A stretch of 64,000 nucleotides of DNA from an uncultured Nitrososphaerota archaeon (GCA_963703285.1 OY969807.1:1120001-1184000), one strand, 5' to 3'; shown: positions 8,791 through 19,412, numbered from the stretch's first letter. Numbers and translations: made by a program. The notes: a model not told the origin generated them from the letters alone.

Positions 8791-10630
8791 TCATGACCAA
8801 ACAGCGCGGCTCACAGCCAAATCTCCAAGGATCTCTTCACGTTGCCTAATTGCCTCTTCACCAAATTCATTCAACTCGTCTCCCTCGAATGTCGCGTTAT
8901 TGACAGGAAGATTCATGGACAAATATCTTTCACGTTTTTGTTGGTATGGAAGAATTCCGAGTTCACTGTTCTCATCTTGTGAAAGAATTGTGAAATTTCC
9001 GAGCCGATCGACGAAATCCCCATGTTTCATATGCTTCGAAACGAGATACGCGTTCCAATCTGCATCAGGGTTTTGAGGAATCACATGTTCCAGGGTTATC
9101 TCCTTTCCCCACACTCTGTGAAGCGGGGTTGTTTCCATCTGGTCATTGATCATCGTTATGAGGTACTTGACCACTCGGCCCTTCCTATCCTTCATCTCGA
9201 CGAACGCTCTCTTGAGTTCTGCATCATCATGAGGCGTGACTTCCCTGATATGTCCGATGGCTGTTGGAAGGTCAAGACTCCCTGAACGGACCTCCAAGGC
9301 CCAAATACTGTACATCTCTTCCAATTCGTTCGGATTCCCTTCTAGTATTGTATACGCCTTGACACAGAGATTTCGATACGCCTCTAGCAACGATTCGATT
9401 CCACGCAAGTTCCCTGAGAATCGGATATACGCAGCTAGGAATAGAGGCAATGCTTGCCTAAAGCCCAAGTACTCGAGCTCACTAATGAGGTGAGAAATGC
9501 CACTGTGATTCGTCCACTCCGGAGAGGTAGGATCTCTTAGTGCAAAATAGGCTCTAGCTTCATTGGTCATCTTCTGCATGAATGTTTCGAAGGCGGGTGC
9601 AGTCTTTCCACCGATCTCGTTCTTAATCGCGGAACAACTTCTTCTTTCTAACAAACTCATAGTTTGAAAGCCAGAATTGACGCAGAAAATCATCAATATC
9701 ATCCCCTGCTATTTGAGAGAAGCCACTCCATATGTCCTCCATTCTAGGTTGGCCGAGGTCGTGCTCGAAAGTATCAAAGATGAAGTTCTTGAAGAGATCA
9801 CTAACCAAGAGTTTTGTCCCTCGTTGGTTGAGAGTCTCGAAGATCTCATACATGATTCCGATATCGGGAACCTTGTTGTCAAGAACATAGAATCCCGCAG
9901 AAAGCGATGTGTGAAGATCACGCAAATACGACTCGCTTACATCGTTCGATAAGGATGACAAGGCTGCGCGTAGCTGATCTTGATTGTTACCTGTGAGGCG
10001 TGTATTATTGATTCGTGCAATATCCTGGACTAATCTCAGATGATAGAACCGGTAGCAACCAACGATGGCTGAGTTGCTTTTTCCTTCCCCCTTCTCCTCA
10101 CGCAGGGTTGAGATCTTCGAAAGAGAATCCCCCTGGGCACCGCCAGCCGCGCGCAAAGTCAACACCCTGTCAAATAGCACCGAACTATCTTTTCCCAATT
10201 TAACACGAGAAGTGCTCAGACCTCCCGCAGTTTGAAGGAGTGAATCGTGAATTCTTCCTAGCACGTTAGCTCCTTCCGCCGAGATGTTGTAGATGGCTCG
10301 CTTGTAGTCAAGCAAGTCATAAATGACAATTTCGACAATAGCGAGGGTCGCCAATCGTTGCTGTCCGTCGAGGATTCGTAGAGTCCTAGCTTCCCCATTT
10401 GGCAAGAAAAACATCGGGCCGAGAAAATGGAAATTATCATGTGAATCGCGGTCCCCCCTCTGCCGTGCCCTTAACAGATCTTGCAGATCTTCCCAGAGGT
10501 CAAGCCAATTATCACTGTCCCAAGAATATCCTCGTTGATTGACGGGAACGACGAAACGATTATTGCGAAACAACTCCCCAATTTGGACTGGTTTCGAGGA
10601 AGGCAGTACATAGTTCTCAAAATCACTCAT
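8791..10630 (-). pseudogene. GmrSD-type DUF262 + DUF1524 (HNH) nuclease, split by a frameshift near 9628
   Basis: QRGYSW, ILDGQQRL, FETLNQRG (DUF262); LEHVIPQ..RLGNFTIL..N (DUF1524); two overlapping ORFs. Confidence 0.8.
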
Positions 10631-10749
10631 AAATCGATATTTGTTGGTAATGATACATATGGCTTTTGCCCGTATCATACGTTCTTGCAAATTGACTTAG
10701 CTTTGGGTATTCCACCTCGAAGCCCAGACAGAATCTTATATAGTCAAAG

Positions 10750-11691
10750 GTGAAACAAGAGCCAGAGAAATTGAATGTTCCTGAGCTAGAAATTGCCGGT
10801 CTTCCTCAGGCAATTGAAAGAAGGTCTGCATTCCCGTTCATCAAATGGGCGGGAGGAAAGGGCCATCTTCTCAGCGAGATTATGCGCTATGTCCCGAGGG
10901 ATTTCTCAGGAGATTACTATGAACCATTCCTGGGGGGTGGGGCAGTGTTCTTCGCGTTGTACCGAACAGGCCACAGTTTCAAGGCTTATCTCTCGGACAC
11001 GAATGAAGAACTAATAAATTGCTATGAAATGGTCAAGAATAGACCAGCCGACCTGCTCGTGCTGCTGAAGATCTTGCAGCAGCAATTTCATGATGCGACA
11101 AACAAAGAAGTCTACTTCTACAATGTAAGAAGTCTGACTCCGACAAGCGGTCTCCAGGCCGCTGCAAGATTCATCTTCCTGAATAAGACATGCTATAACG
11201 GTCTATATCGCGTGAACAAGAAGGGAGTATTCAACGTTCCTTTTGGCGGGTATAGGAAACCCAATATCGTCAACGAAAGCAAGCTTTTCTCAGGAAGCAA
11301 GGCTCTGAACGAATCCAAGTCGAAGTTGAGCGTCTTGGACTACAAGAAATCGATTGATCGATGTCAATCCGGCGATTTGGTTTACCTCGATCCTCCATAT
11401 CACCCAACAAGCAAGACTGCGGCATTCACTGACTACACTACTCAAGGATTCACAGAGCTGGATCAAAGAAACCTTCGGGATTCGTTCGTTTCACTGGCAG
11501 AGCGTGGGTGCAAGGTTGTTCTCACCAATTCCGATACTGGATTAGTAAGAACCCTCTATGATGATTTCCGTAGGAAGCGACTCTTGGTTTCCCGTCCAAT
11601 AAGCTGCAAAGGTTCAGGGCGAAAGGGATTCCACGAGTTACTGGTTTCAAATGTTCCTAGAATAGACACCCAGATCAGTGATTTTGTATGA
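10750..11691 (+). CDS. Dam-family (D12 class) DNA adenine methyltransferase
   Basis: KWAGGK, YYEPFLGGG, NGLYRVN..G.FNVPFG, YLDPPY. Confidence 0.92.
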   Translation: MKQEPEKLNVPELEIAGLPQAIERRSAFPFIKWAGGKGHLLSEIMRYVPRDFSGDYYEPFLGGGAVFFALYRTGHSFKAYLSDTNEELINCYEMVKNRPADLLVLLKILQQQFHDATNKEVYFYNVRSLTPTSGLQAAARFIFLNKTCYNGLYRVNKKGVFNVPFGGYRKPNIVNESKLFSGSKALNESKSKLSVLDYKKSIDRCQSGDLVYLDPPYHPTSKTAAFTDYTTQGFTELDQRNLRDSFVSLAERGCKVVLTNSDTGLVRTLYDDFRRKRLLVSRPISCKGSGRKGFHELLVSNVPRIDTQISDFV

Positions 11692-12227
11692 GTTCTTTGT
11701 TGATCATCCTGTCGCAACGCGAAAGAATCCCGAAAGTTCCGCAGGCGAACGAGATTAATCGAATCATTGAGTTAGTCGAGAAAGTGGGTGAAGGTGCTCA
11801 TGATGCCAAGACAATTGGTAAGAGAATGAGTTTTGATCCTCGACAGAGTTCTTACTACCGCGAGGCAGCCGAAATGCTGGGATTTCTTAATCAGCGGAAG
11901 CACTATTCCCTAACTGAGTTGGGAAAACAACTCATGGTGGCCGATCCAACAGCCCGAACACGCATTCTCTTCCTTTCCTTGCTGCGCTTTCCGGTAACCG
12001 GGATAATAGTTGAGAGTCTGGAGGCGGGGCTGCAGGAGTGGATTACTAAGGACGAAATCGAAGTGTATATGGCGAAAGTCAGCAAGCTAGATCCAGATAC
12101 TGTCAAGCGGCGGACGCAAACAATCCTCGCATGGCTGAAATGGCTGGCGAAGAACGGCGGAATCATCGAAGTTTCGAATGATGTAGTAAGGCTATCGTCT
12201 CAATATCGTTTGACGAACTTTGATTGA
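11688..12227 (+). CDS. winged-helix protein of the type associated with restriction systems
   Basis: FDPRQSSYYREAAEMLG..LTELG and TVKRRTQTILAW; overlaps the MTase stop. Confidence 0.6.
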   Translation: MSSLLIILSQRERIPKVPQANEINRIIELVEKVGEGAHDAKTIGKRMSFDPRQSSYYREAAEMLGFLNQRKHYSLTELGKQLMVADPTARTRILFLSLLRFPVTGIIVESLEAGLQEWITKDEIEVYMAKVSKLDPDTVKRRTQTILAWLKWLAKNGGIIEVSNDVVRLSSQYRLTNFD

Positions 12228-12308
12228 CAGAGAATCTCTGTCCGATTAATGGCATATCGACCAGTTCCCTAGAAGTATAAAGAGAGCCTAGAATTCGATT
12301 TCCGCGAA

Positions 12309-14447
12309 TTGGGTTTACGCGACCTGCCTCTAAAGGCTGCGTACGATTCTGACGAGGATGACGTCTTGAATGATTTCTACATCCCAGTTCTTTCAGAATC
12401 CATACGATACAGGAGACTTGCTGGATTCTTCTCTTCCACCTCGCTTGCTGTGGCCGCCCGAGGCATCTACAATTTTGTCTTAAGGGGAGGAGAGATGGAG
12501 CTCATCACGAGCGCGTATCTCAGCAAACAGGATGTAGAGGCAATTCGAGCCGGATTGAAAGAGGCCGATCAAGCCATTTCCAAGTCCGCCCTCGATGAAT
12601 TGGGCAGTATAACTGAGGAGTCGGTGAAGAATAACTTGAAGACACTTGCGTGGCTCGTCGCGAGTAGAAAGCTAAGAATCAAAATCGCCATTCCAATGGA
12701 CGATGGAGGGTGCCCCTTGGAAAGGGATGCAATTGAAACTAAAGGAATATTCCATCAAAAAGTCGGATTGCTCGTGGACGAAAGCGGAGACTCAATTTCC
12801 TTTAGTGGGTCGATCAATGAAACGGCGTACGCTTGGACGAGTAATATCGAGGAATTCAAGGTCTTCAGAAGTTGGGACCAAACTCAAAACTCTTACCTCA
12901 CTAGCGACCGCGCCAAGTTGGACAAGTACTGGACGGGGAGTCCGAAGAACACCCGGGTTATCGACCTACCTACGGCAATTAGGGAACGGCTGCTTGCCAT
13001 GGCTCCGACAAGAATGGAGGATCTCGTCCCTGATGGCAAGGGTCCTGCGCATTCAGGCAGCTTCGTATTGCGCGACTATCAGATAGAAGCAATTGAGAAG
13101 TGGCGCGAGAATGGCTTTAGGGGGATCTTGTCCATGGCAACCGGGACTGGCAAGACACTCACTGCGCTAAGCGCCATCAAGGAACACGTACCCACGACCG
13201 CCCTGAACATCATCGCGGTTCCCACGATCCTGTTGGCAAATCAGTGGAAAGAAGCAATACGAAGAGTGTTTCCGGACTCACTAACACTTGAGTGCGATTC
13301 CTCTACAGCAAATTGGGAAAGCAAACTGAGGGTAATCGCTGATCACCTGAACACTGCTTCTCCAAGCTCCAAGAGATTCTTCGCCATCATTATTCAACGA
13401 ACTGCGGGAACTGAACGCTTCGTCAACATGATTGCGGCACTACCTTCTGAGAAATTATGTCTGGTAGGTGATGAAGTACATCATATGGGCGCCCGCGTTT
13501 CAAGCAACATCATGACGAAGGACTTTTCCTTCAGGCTTGGGCTCAGTGCAACGCCGGAGCGATTTTGGGATGAGGAGGGTCAAAGCCGCATCGTTCAGTT
13601 CTTCGGCCGCATTGTCTTCGACTATCCGATAAGTCGAGCTTTGAAGGATAAAGTTCTGTGCGAGTACTTGTATTATGTTAAGCCGGCGATATTGGAGGAT
13701 ACCGAACTAATCCAGTATTCAGACGTAACAACGGCCATCTCTGGGAAAATCACACGACTACAACGCCTGTACCCCTCATTGAGGAGTCTTGCGTTCCCTA
13801 GCCTTCTTGGGAAGCTGGGTGCACTGGATCCTGATGAGTTTTCGTCGCTGCAAGCGCTTCTTCAAACTCGGGTTAACATACTCAAGCGCGCACACAACAA
13901 GATAGAAGCGACCCGTGAGATAGTCCAAGCTGGCGGATTGAAACGATGTCTTATCTACTGCAATGATATAGAACACGTTAAGGAGGTCGTTGAGATGCTT
14001 GGGACTTTAAATATCGGTGCCCTCGAATACGATTCTTCGATGAAGGACGAGGACAAGGAATCGAATCTCTCCTCGTTTGCTGCAGAATCTGGTGGTTTTC
14101 TTGTTGCAGTTAGGTGCCTCGACGAGGGAGCCGATATTCCTTCATGTGATAGTGCCATAATCGTATCAAGTTCGAAGAATTCAAGGGAATTCATTCAGCG
14201 CAGAGGAAGAATGCTCAGGCGCAGCGAAAACAAAGATTTTGCAAGAATCCACGACATACTCATTTTGCCGATGGACCCAGATTCATCCTCTCGGAGTCTG
14301 TCTGAACCGGAGTACCGAATCATTGATTCAGAACTGGATAGAGCGCGCCTATTCGCTGAGTCCGCTAAGAATAGCTCCGAAGTGTTGCTCGACATTGCCC
14401 GAATTGCGAGGGCGCTGTCGGCGAAGGTGAAGCGGGGAGAAGAGTGA
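12309..14447 (+). CDS. PLD-like nuclease domain + SF2 helicase (Dnd-associated restriction-helicase type)
   Basis: FHQKVG..SGSINET; LRDYQ, MATGTGKT, DEVH, LGLSATP, LDEGADIP, FIQRRGR. Confidence 0.88.
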   Translation: MGLRDLPLKAAYDSDEDDVLNDFYIPVLSESIRYRRLAGFFSSTSLAVAARGIYNFVLRGGEMELITSAYLSKQDVEAIRAGLKEADQAISKSALDELGSITEESVKNNLKTLAWLVASRKLRIKIAIPMDDGGCPLERDAIETKGIFHQKVGLLVDESGDSISFSGSINETAYAWTSNIEEFKVFRSWDQTQNSYLTSDRAKLDKYWTGSPKNTRVIDLPTAIRERLLAMAPTRMEDLVPDGKGPAHSGSFVLRDYQIEAIEKWRENGFRGILSMATGTGKTLTALSAIKEHVPTTALNIIAVPTILLANQWKEAIRRVFPDSLTLECDSSTANWESKLRVIADHLNTASPSSKRFFAIIIQRTAGTERFVNMIAALPSEKLCLVGDEVHHMGARVSSNIMTKDFSFRLGLSATPERFWDEEGQSRIVQFFGRIVFDYPISRALKDKVLCEYLYYVKPAILEDTELIQYSDVTTAISGKITRLQRLYPSLRSLAFPSLLGKLGALDPDEFSSLQALLQTRVNILKRAHNKIEATREIVQAGGLKRCLIYCNDIEHVKEVVEMLGTLNIGALEYDSSMKDEDKESNLSSFAAESGGFLVAVRCLDEGADIPSCDSAIIVSSSKNSREFIQRRGRMLRRSENKDFARIHDILILPMDPDSSSRSLSEPEYRIIDSELDRARLFAESAKNSSEVLLDIARIARALSAKVKRGEE

Positions 14448-14451
14448 AACC

Positions 14452-14631
14452 TTGGCAAAGATTGATCCCATTCTCGACCAATTGATCCAAGAGGCGTCAA
14501 AGAAGTTTGACGTTCCTGAGTCGCTGCTCTCTTCGATAATCCTAGAAGAGAAAATCCAGCGATACAGAAGGGGAGGAGACAAGAAGATCGTGATAGAAAA
14601 GCTAGCTAAGATTCTCGAAGAAGGAGAGTAG
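14452..14631 (+). CDS. 59-aa small helical protein (not in ORF track)
   Basis: TTG start; MAKIDPILDQLIQEASKKFDVPESLLSSIILEEK...EEGE*; fills the gap between helicase and ATPase. Confidence 0.7.
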   Translation: MAKIDPILDQLIQEASKKFDVPESLLSSIILEEKIQRYRRGGDKKIVIEKLAKILEEGE

Positions 14632-14634
14632 AAG

Positions 14635-16632
14635 ATGAAGCTCGTAGAACTCTCGATGGAGAATTTTCGCTCATACAAGGAGAAAAAACCAGTTAAGTTC
14701 CCTACAACAGATGAGAAACCGCTAGTCACCTTTGTGGGAAACAACGGAGCTGGCAAGACAACAATATTCCTCGCTATAATATGGGCGCTCTATGGTGAAA
14801 GAGCCATACGCGCGTACGCGGAGAACCGCCCGACGGACACCCAGGCTCCTCGTACAAACTTCGACCTGCTCAACAGTGACGTGGTAGAAACAAGCCCAAA
14901 GCCTTTCATGCGCGTCACTCTGGTTTTTGAGCACGGTTCAAAGAAGTATATTCTGTGGAGAAGGATCACGTCAAACCGTTCGAATCCCCAGTCAAATCGG
15001 GATCTTGCTGGAGAGGAGATCGAGCTGAAGGAAATCGGAAAGCCGTCACATGAGAACTTCCCGCAAGGAGTGATCGACGACATTCTTCCCTTCGAAGCAT
15101 CACAATTCTTCCTCTTTGATGGGGAAGAAGTCCGACGATACAGCGGGGGAAAGGCCAAGGAGACACAAGAGGCAATTGAACTCGTTCTTGGCATCCCAGA
15201 AATTCGTGAGGCGAGAGACGACATGACGAAAATCCAGAGACGCTTGTTGGAGCGACTTCGAGAAGAGCCCAACGTCTCAGAGAACATGAGAAATATCAGT
15301 AATGGTCTTGAACTCGCCATAAGAAACGAACGGACGTTTGGAGACACTCTGGAGGCCAAGAGAAAGGAGTTCGCCAACGTTGAAACGGAACTTAGGCAAG
15401 CGCAACTCCGGCGCGAGGAACTGAAGGAGATAGCTGACGAGAACGCTCAATTACAAAGGATTATCGCAGAAAAGAAGGCAACAGACGAATCAATAATCGA
15501 AAACGAGGCACGGCGTAACGAGTTGGTCGATAGGTTGCCTTACTTCTTGATAATACCACAGGTTAGGGAGACTCTAGCTAGATTCAAGAAAATTTCGGGA
15601 ACAGATGATCTTACTTCGAGAATCAGGAATCTTGCCGTTAGGACTGAGACGATAGATGAGCTACTTAACTCCACGACAGGCACATGTCTGTGCGGCTCGA
15701 CACTGGATGATTCACACAGGCGTCATCTTCTGTTGGCACGAAAATCGCTGGAAGAGGAGTCTAAGGAGCTGGGTCTCCGCGCTTCAAAGAAAACCGTTCC
15801 GCCCACGGAGGACATTCAGTACGTGTTAGGTCGCCTCGAAGGCGTGAATGTCGACTTCAAGCAATTGGACCGGACTATCAATGAGCTTAAGGTGAGTTTG
15901 ATCGAGCTCGATGACCAGAGACTTGCTCTTGAAAAGAAGATCAAGGGAAGCGACGTTCGGGAAGCTGCCCAGGTCCAGACACTGATCGAACAGCTCAGCG
16001 TTCGGAAGGGAAAGCTGGAGGCCGAGATTGAAAGTGGTCGAGTGTATTATAACCAAGCTCTGACGGCAAAGGAAAGACTAACAGGCCTTCTAAGAAAAAC
16101 TCAGGGAGAATTGGGAACTATGTCAACGGTTTCTGTTCGGCAACAGACAGCCTCGAAGCTAGTAGAAGCGTTAAGTTGGATAATTGAGGAGTTATCGTCA
16201 AAGAAAAAGAGATTGATAATTGACAACGCTTCGAAATTCTTCGGTACCGTCTCAGAAGATGCTGGATGGAGTGGGATTCAAATGGATGACGACTACTCGA
16301 TCTGGTTGCTTGATGCCAAGGGAAGACGCACAATTCCTGCTGAAGGCTGGAAAGAACTAGTCGCTCTATCGCTAATATACGGTCTGAACAAGGCGGCCAA
16401 CTACGAAGCTCCTGTTGTGATGGATTTCGTGCTTGGGCGTCTTGACTCCTCGCGCCAGATCGGTGTTGTAGACAATCTCGCGGATTTCGCAAAACAGATC
16501 GTTATACTGTTCCTAGACTCTGAAATCCAAACCGAGAGGGTGAAAGAAAGATTGTCTTCTCTTTCCGCCGCCCAGTATGAAATAGAGAGAGATTCAAGCG
16601 GTGGGAGTATTGTCCAGGAGCTAGGAAGATGA
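14635..16632 (+). CDS. DndD-like SMC/ABC ATPase with CxC hook
   Basis: ENFRSY, GNNGAGKTT, FFLFDGE, long coiled coils with CLCG, PVVMDFVLGRLD. Confidence 0.85.
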   Translation: MKLVELSMENFRSYKEKKPVKFPTTDEKPLVTFVGNNGAGKTTIFLAIIWALYGERAIRAYAENRPTDTQAPRTNFDLLNSDVVETSPKPFMRVTLVFEHGSKKYILWRRITSNRSNPQSNRDLAGEEIELKEIGKPSHENFPQGVIDDILPFEASQFFLFDGEEVRRYSGGKAKETQEAIELVLGIPEIREARDDMTKIQRRLLERLREEPNVSENMRNISNGLELAIRNERTFGDTLEAKRKEFANVETELRQAQLRREELKEIADENAQLQRIIAEKKATDESIIENEARRNELVDRLPYFLIIPQVRETLARFKKISGTDDLTSRIRNLAVRTETIDELLNSTTGTCLCGSTLDDSHRRHLLLARKSLEEESKELGLRASKKTVPPTEDIQYVLGRLEGVNVDFKQLDRTINELKVSLIELDDQRLALEKKIKGSDVREAAQVQTLIEQLSVRKGKLEAEIESGRVYYNQALTAKERLTGLLRKTQGELGTMSTVSVRQQTASKLVEALSWIIEELSSKKKRLIIDNASKFFGTVSEDAGWSGIQMDDDYSIWLLDAKGRRTIPAEGWKELVALSLIYGLNKAANYEAPVVMDFVLGRLDSSRQIGVVDNLADFAKQIVILFLDSEIQTERVKERLSSLSAAQYEIERDSSGGSIVQELGR

Positions 16633-17039
16633 GCAACGAAGGAATTGGGTTTGCTTATCTTGATCCCGGACAGAGGTTCGCCACGTCGAAAGAAGGGAAG
16701 AGGATTCTTGAAGAGTTAGTCAAAGGCAATGAGAGTTTCCATCCCTTCGGGACACAGGTGGGGATATTCATGCTAGCTCTTGCCGTGGGGATAATTACGC
16801 GGGATATTTCTGACGATAAGCTAACTGAGACAATATTCGTTCTTTCGACTTACCGAAATAATGATGAGTTCGGCGTCTATCCACTAGTTGTAAAATCAAT
16901 GTATCCGGAGTTAGACGAAAAGGAGACCGGAGAAATGATAGAAAAGTTTGCTGATGCAGGACTGAAGACATTATACAAGGAGTTCACAGCCAGCGGCAAG
17001 ATTGATTTTGAGAAGTGGATTGCCCTTTCAAGGAAATAG
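16629..17039 (+). CDS. DndE-like small partner protein
   Basis: overlaps ATPase stop; FMLALAVG..IEKFADAGL pattern; size and position of DndE-like genes. Confidence 0.5.
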   Translation: MSNEGIGFAYLDPGQRFATSKEGKRILEELVKGNESFHPFGTQVGIFMLALAVGIITRDISDDKLTETIFVLSTYRNNDEFGVYPLVVKSMYPELDEKETGEMIEKFADAGLKTLYKEFTASGKIDFEKWIALSRK

Positions 17040-17092
17040 GCGATCTGGGCTAACTCTTCCCTGAGAACTTAGGAGATAAGAGAGAGGGAATG

Positions 17093-17580
17093 TCATTCTT
17101 TAATTCTTCCTATGTATTTCTTGACAGTCTCGCCGCTTATCTTGTAGCCGGTAGCTCTCGCGATTTCGAGACATGCTTGGCTGTACTCAGAGTTTGCCAG
17201 TAGGATGGATCGAATTTGGTTCAGGAACGATTCTGGAAGTGCTTTTCTTTCTGGAAATCTCTTTGCTGTTCCCATGGCCACCAAATCTTCGTAGTAGTTA
17301 CTCCGAATCCTAGAACTGAAGATGGGAAGTGATAGTCCGTCTTCGGTTCCAATGTCAATGTGAGTGATTGATGGTTGGTTGAAGACCATAGAGCGTATGT
17401 TGAGACTTGCGAACAGATCAACGAGCAGGCGTTCATTCGGTGAAGAGACTATCTTCACGTGATCGGCACCTGCGTCGACCCAGCCATCTGATTCGGCCAG
17501 CGCTTGCAGGAAGTGGATTCTGACGCTCGGTGGCGATTTCAGGAGCCATTTCGCTCTCAACGGATCGTATGTCGTCCTCT
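17093..17580 (-). pseudogene. C-terminal fragment of a LAGLIDADG-like endonuclease
   Basis: FLQALAESDGWV motif; appears 5'-truncated. Confidence 0.6.
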
Positions 17581-17621
17581 CTATCTGTGTCTTCGGAGGG
17601 AAACGTCTAAGAGCGGAGAAG

Positions 17622-17792
17622 TTGAAAAGTAGTCTGCACTTGGTAAATTATCTGTCGAGCTTGGTTGCGGCTTCGAGCAATGCCAGAGGTTCCCTAAGGA
17701 CCACGTTTCCGAAGGAATTGGTGGATTTGTTTGGTCTGGCTGAGGGGGACAAGATAGAATGGGAATTCGATTCGAGGTCAGGTAAAGCTTGA
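17622..17792 (+). CDS. AbrB/SpoVT-type DNA-binding microprotein (not in ORF track)
   Basis: GSLRTTFPKELVDLFGLAEGDKIEW; TTG start at 17622 or 17640. Confidence 0.65.
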   Translation: MKSSLHLVNYLSSLVAASSNARGSLRTTFPKELVDLFGLAEGDKIEWEFDSRSGKA

Positions 17793-17871
17793 GGCCATTG
17801 TCCGCAAGTCTGAATGAGGTTCCACATTTGATTCTGCCGACGTTCACAACAATCGAGAATCTACCAAGGAA

Positions 17872-18435
17872 TTATCTTCTCCAATACTCAGGAAAGTCCT
17901 TCCCGGAGCCCGTTTGGTTGCCAGCATATCGGAACGCATTGTCGAAGTCCTTCTTATCCCATATCAATCGCTTATAAAACGAAACTGCGAATAATGCTGC
18001 GGTCACCCAAAAGATTTCGGTCTTCGGCGCGAGATAGTAATCAGCTCCTTTTTGCCTCATAGCATCGGCCATGTCCTTGTAGGAATTCAAACAAGCGCTA
18101 ACAAAAACTGTTCCTGCTTTGATGTCGCCATCCATTTGAGCAATATCCTTTGCCGTGACCCATGAACTACCAACTTTGATACCAGTATTCTTTCCGCGCC
18201 TACCTGAACTTCTCTTTCCGCTATCACCATGCGCCGAAAGATGAATGATAGTGGGCCAATTCGCAGTCAAGGCGGCGAAGAGCGCGTTCTTGCTACGAAC
18301 TTCTCCTGGGTAATAATCAACGGATCTGGGGAATCTCAACTTGAGCATTCTGAAGAATTCACTTAGTAACACCGTTTCGTTCGGCTGATTCTGCGCAATG
18401 CAATTTACGAGAAGGATTCGATATTTTCGGGGCAT
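17872..18435 (-). CDS. stand-alone CHAT (caspase-like) domain protein
   Basis: IIHLSAHG and VFVSAC His/Cys dyad motifs, FAVSFY..L. Confidence 0.7.
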   Translation of the reverse strand: MPRKYRILLVNCIAQNQPNETVLLSEFFRMLKLRFPRSVDYYPGEVRSKNALFAALTANWPTIIHLSAHGDSGKRSSGRRGKNTGIKVGSSWVTAKDIAQMDGDIKAGTVFVSACLNSYKDMADAMRQKGADYYLAPKTEIFWVTAALFAVSFYKRLIWDKKDFDNAFRYAGNQTGSGKDFPEYWRR

Positions 18436-18567
18436 TAATGAATCGGTGATGAAACTATCAATCTTCTACTTAATTCCTCCCAAGTCAGTTACCGAGGCTT
18501 CGTTCTCTCTTTTTTGGAGTCTGTTGTGTGCCCTAACGCGGCGCATGGGGTGTAGGCAACAATCACC

Positions 18568-18725
18568 ATGGCCACCGCTCAACGCTTCCTCGAGAGATCG
18601 CCCCTATCATTGTCGTTCCTCGCCCAAATTAAGCTGGTCCTGTCTAGCTGCAAGAACTACGATCGAGCCTGCTTGGATATCGCGACGAACACAGGTTATA
18701 AGATCAGCAATAAGACGGTAAAGAA
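18568..18725 (+). pseudogene. second, inverted fragment of the LAGLIDADG-like gene C-terminus
   Basis: MATAQRFLER..ACLDIATNTGYKISNKTVKK matches MGTAKRFPER..ACLEIARATGYKISGETVKK. Confidence 0.75.
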
Positions 18726-18754
18726 ATGCTCAATCGCATTACGCTGTCCGGAGA

Positions 18755-19303
18755 TCAGTCGAACTTGAGCAGGTCTTTCATTGCAATGTCTCCTGATTTC
18801 AACCTCTGGAATAGCAATTCTGAAGTATTCAGGTCGTCTCGATTGTGCATCACGATCTTGTCGTATTCCTTCGTTTCGTAGAAATGAGGCATATCCTTAC
18901 CATTCAATTCTGGAAACTCCCTCTTGATTCCCAGCCTCGCGAGCCAAAAAGACTGACTCTGATAGCTGTCTCCGAGGAACTGATAGAGGTCAAACCACTT
19001 CTTGTCATGAATCTTTACCCATGAATCCGGGGTTGACTTGCCAAGAATGTCGAGACGCTTGAGAAGGAATGGAACGTCGAACTTCAGATTATTGAATCCC
19101 AGTATGGTCTCTTCAAACTTGTCAATCCCTTCTATCTCCCTGAATACCTCTAGGATCATCTCTGCTTCACTCCTTGCCTCCCAAACCTTCCAGTGTAGAA
19201 TCTTCCCATGGCGTTTCATTCCGATGAGAGAAACGATGCTCCTGTGAGGATCTAACCCTTGGCCGGCCGTCTCGATGTCAAAACAAACGACCATGTTCAA
19301 CAT
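18755..19303 (-). CDS. DEDD/RNase H-like 3'-5' exonuclease
   Basis: FDIET, GFNNLKFDVPFL, HNRDDL. Confidence 0.8.
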   Translation of the reverse strand: MLNMVVCFDIETAGQGLDPHRSIVSLIGMKRHGKILHWKVWEARSEAEMILEVFREIEGIDKFEETILGFNNLKFDVPFLLKRLDILGKSTPDSWVKIHDKKWFDLYQFLGDSYQSQSFWLARLGIKREFPELNGKDMPHFYETKEYDKIVMHNRDDLNTSELLFQRLKSGDIAMKDLLKFD

Positions 19304-19412
19304 TTGCCGACCTTGCAGAATAAAAAAAGCGTCACTCTTGTTCACTGCGTCGGAATCGAGCCGACTCGATGTCATAGGGTTAATTAGTCCCGGCTTCCCA
19401 ATCCACTTCAGC

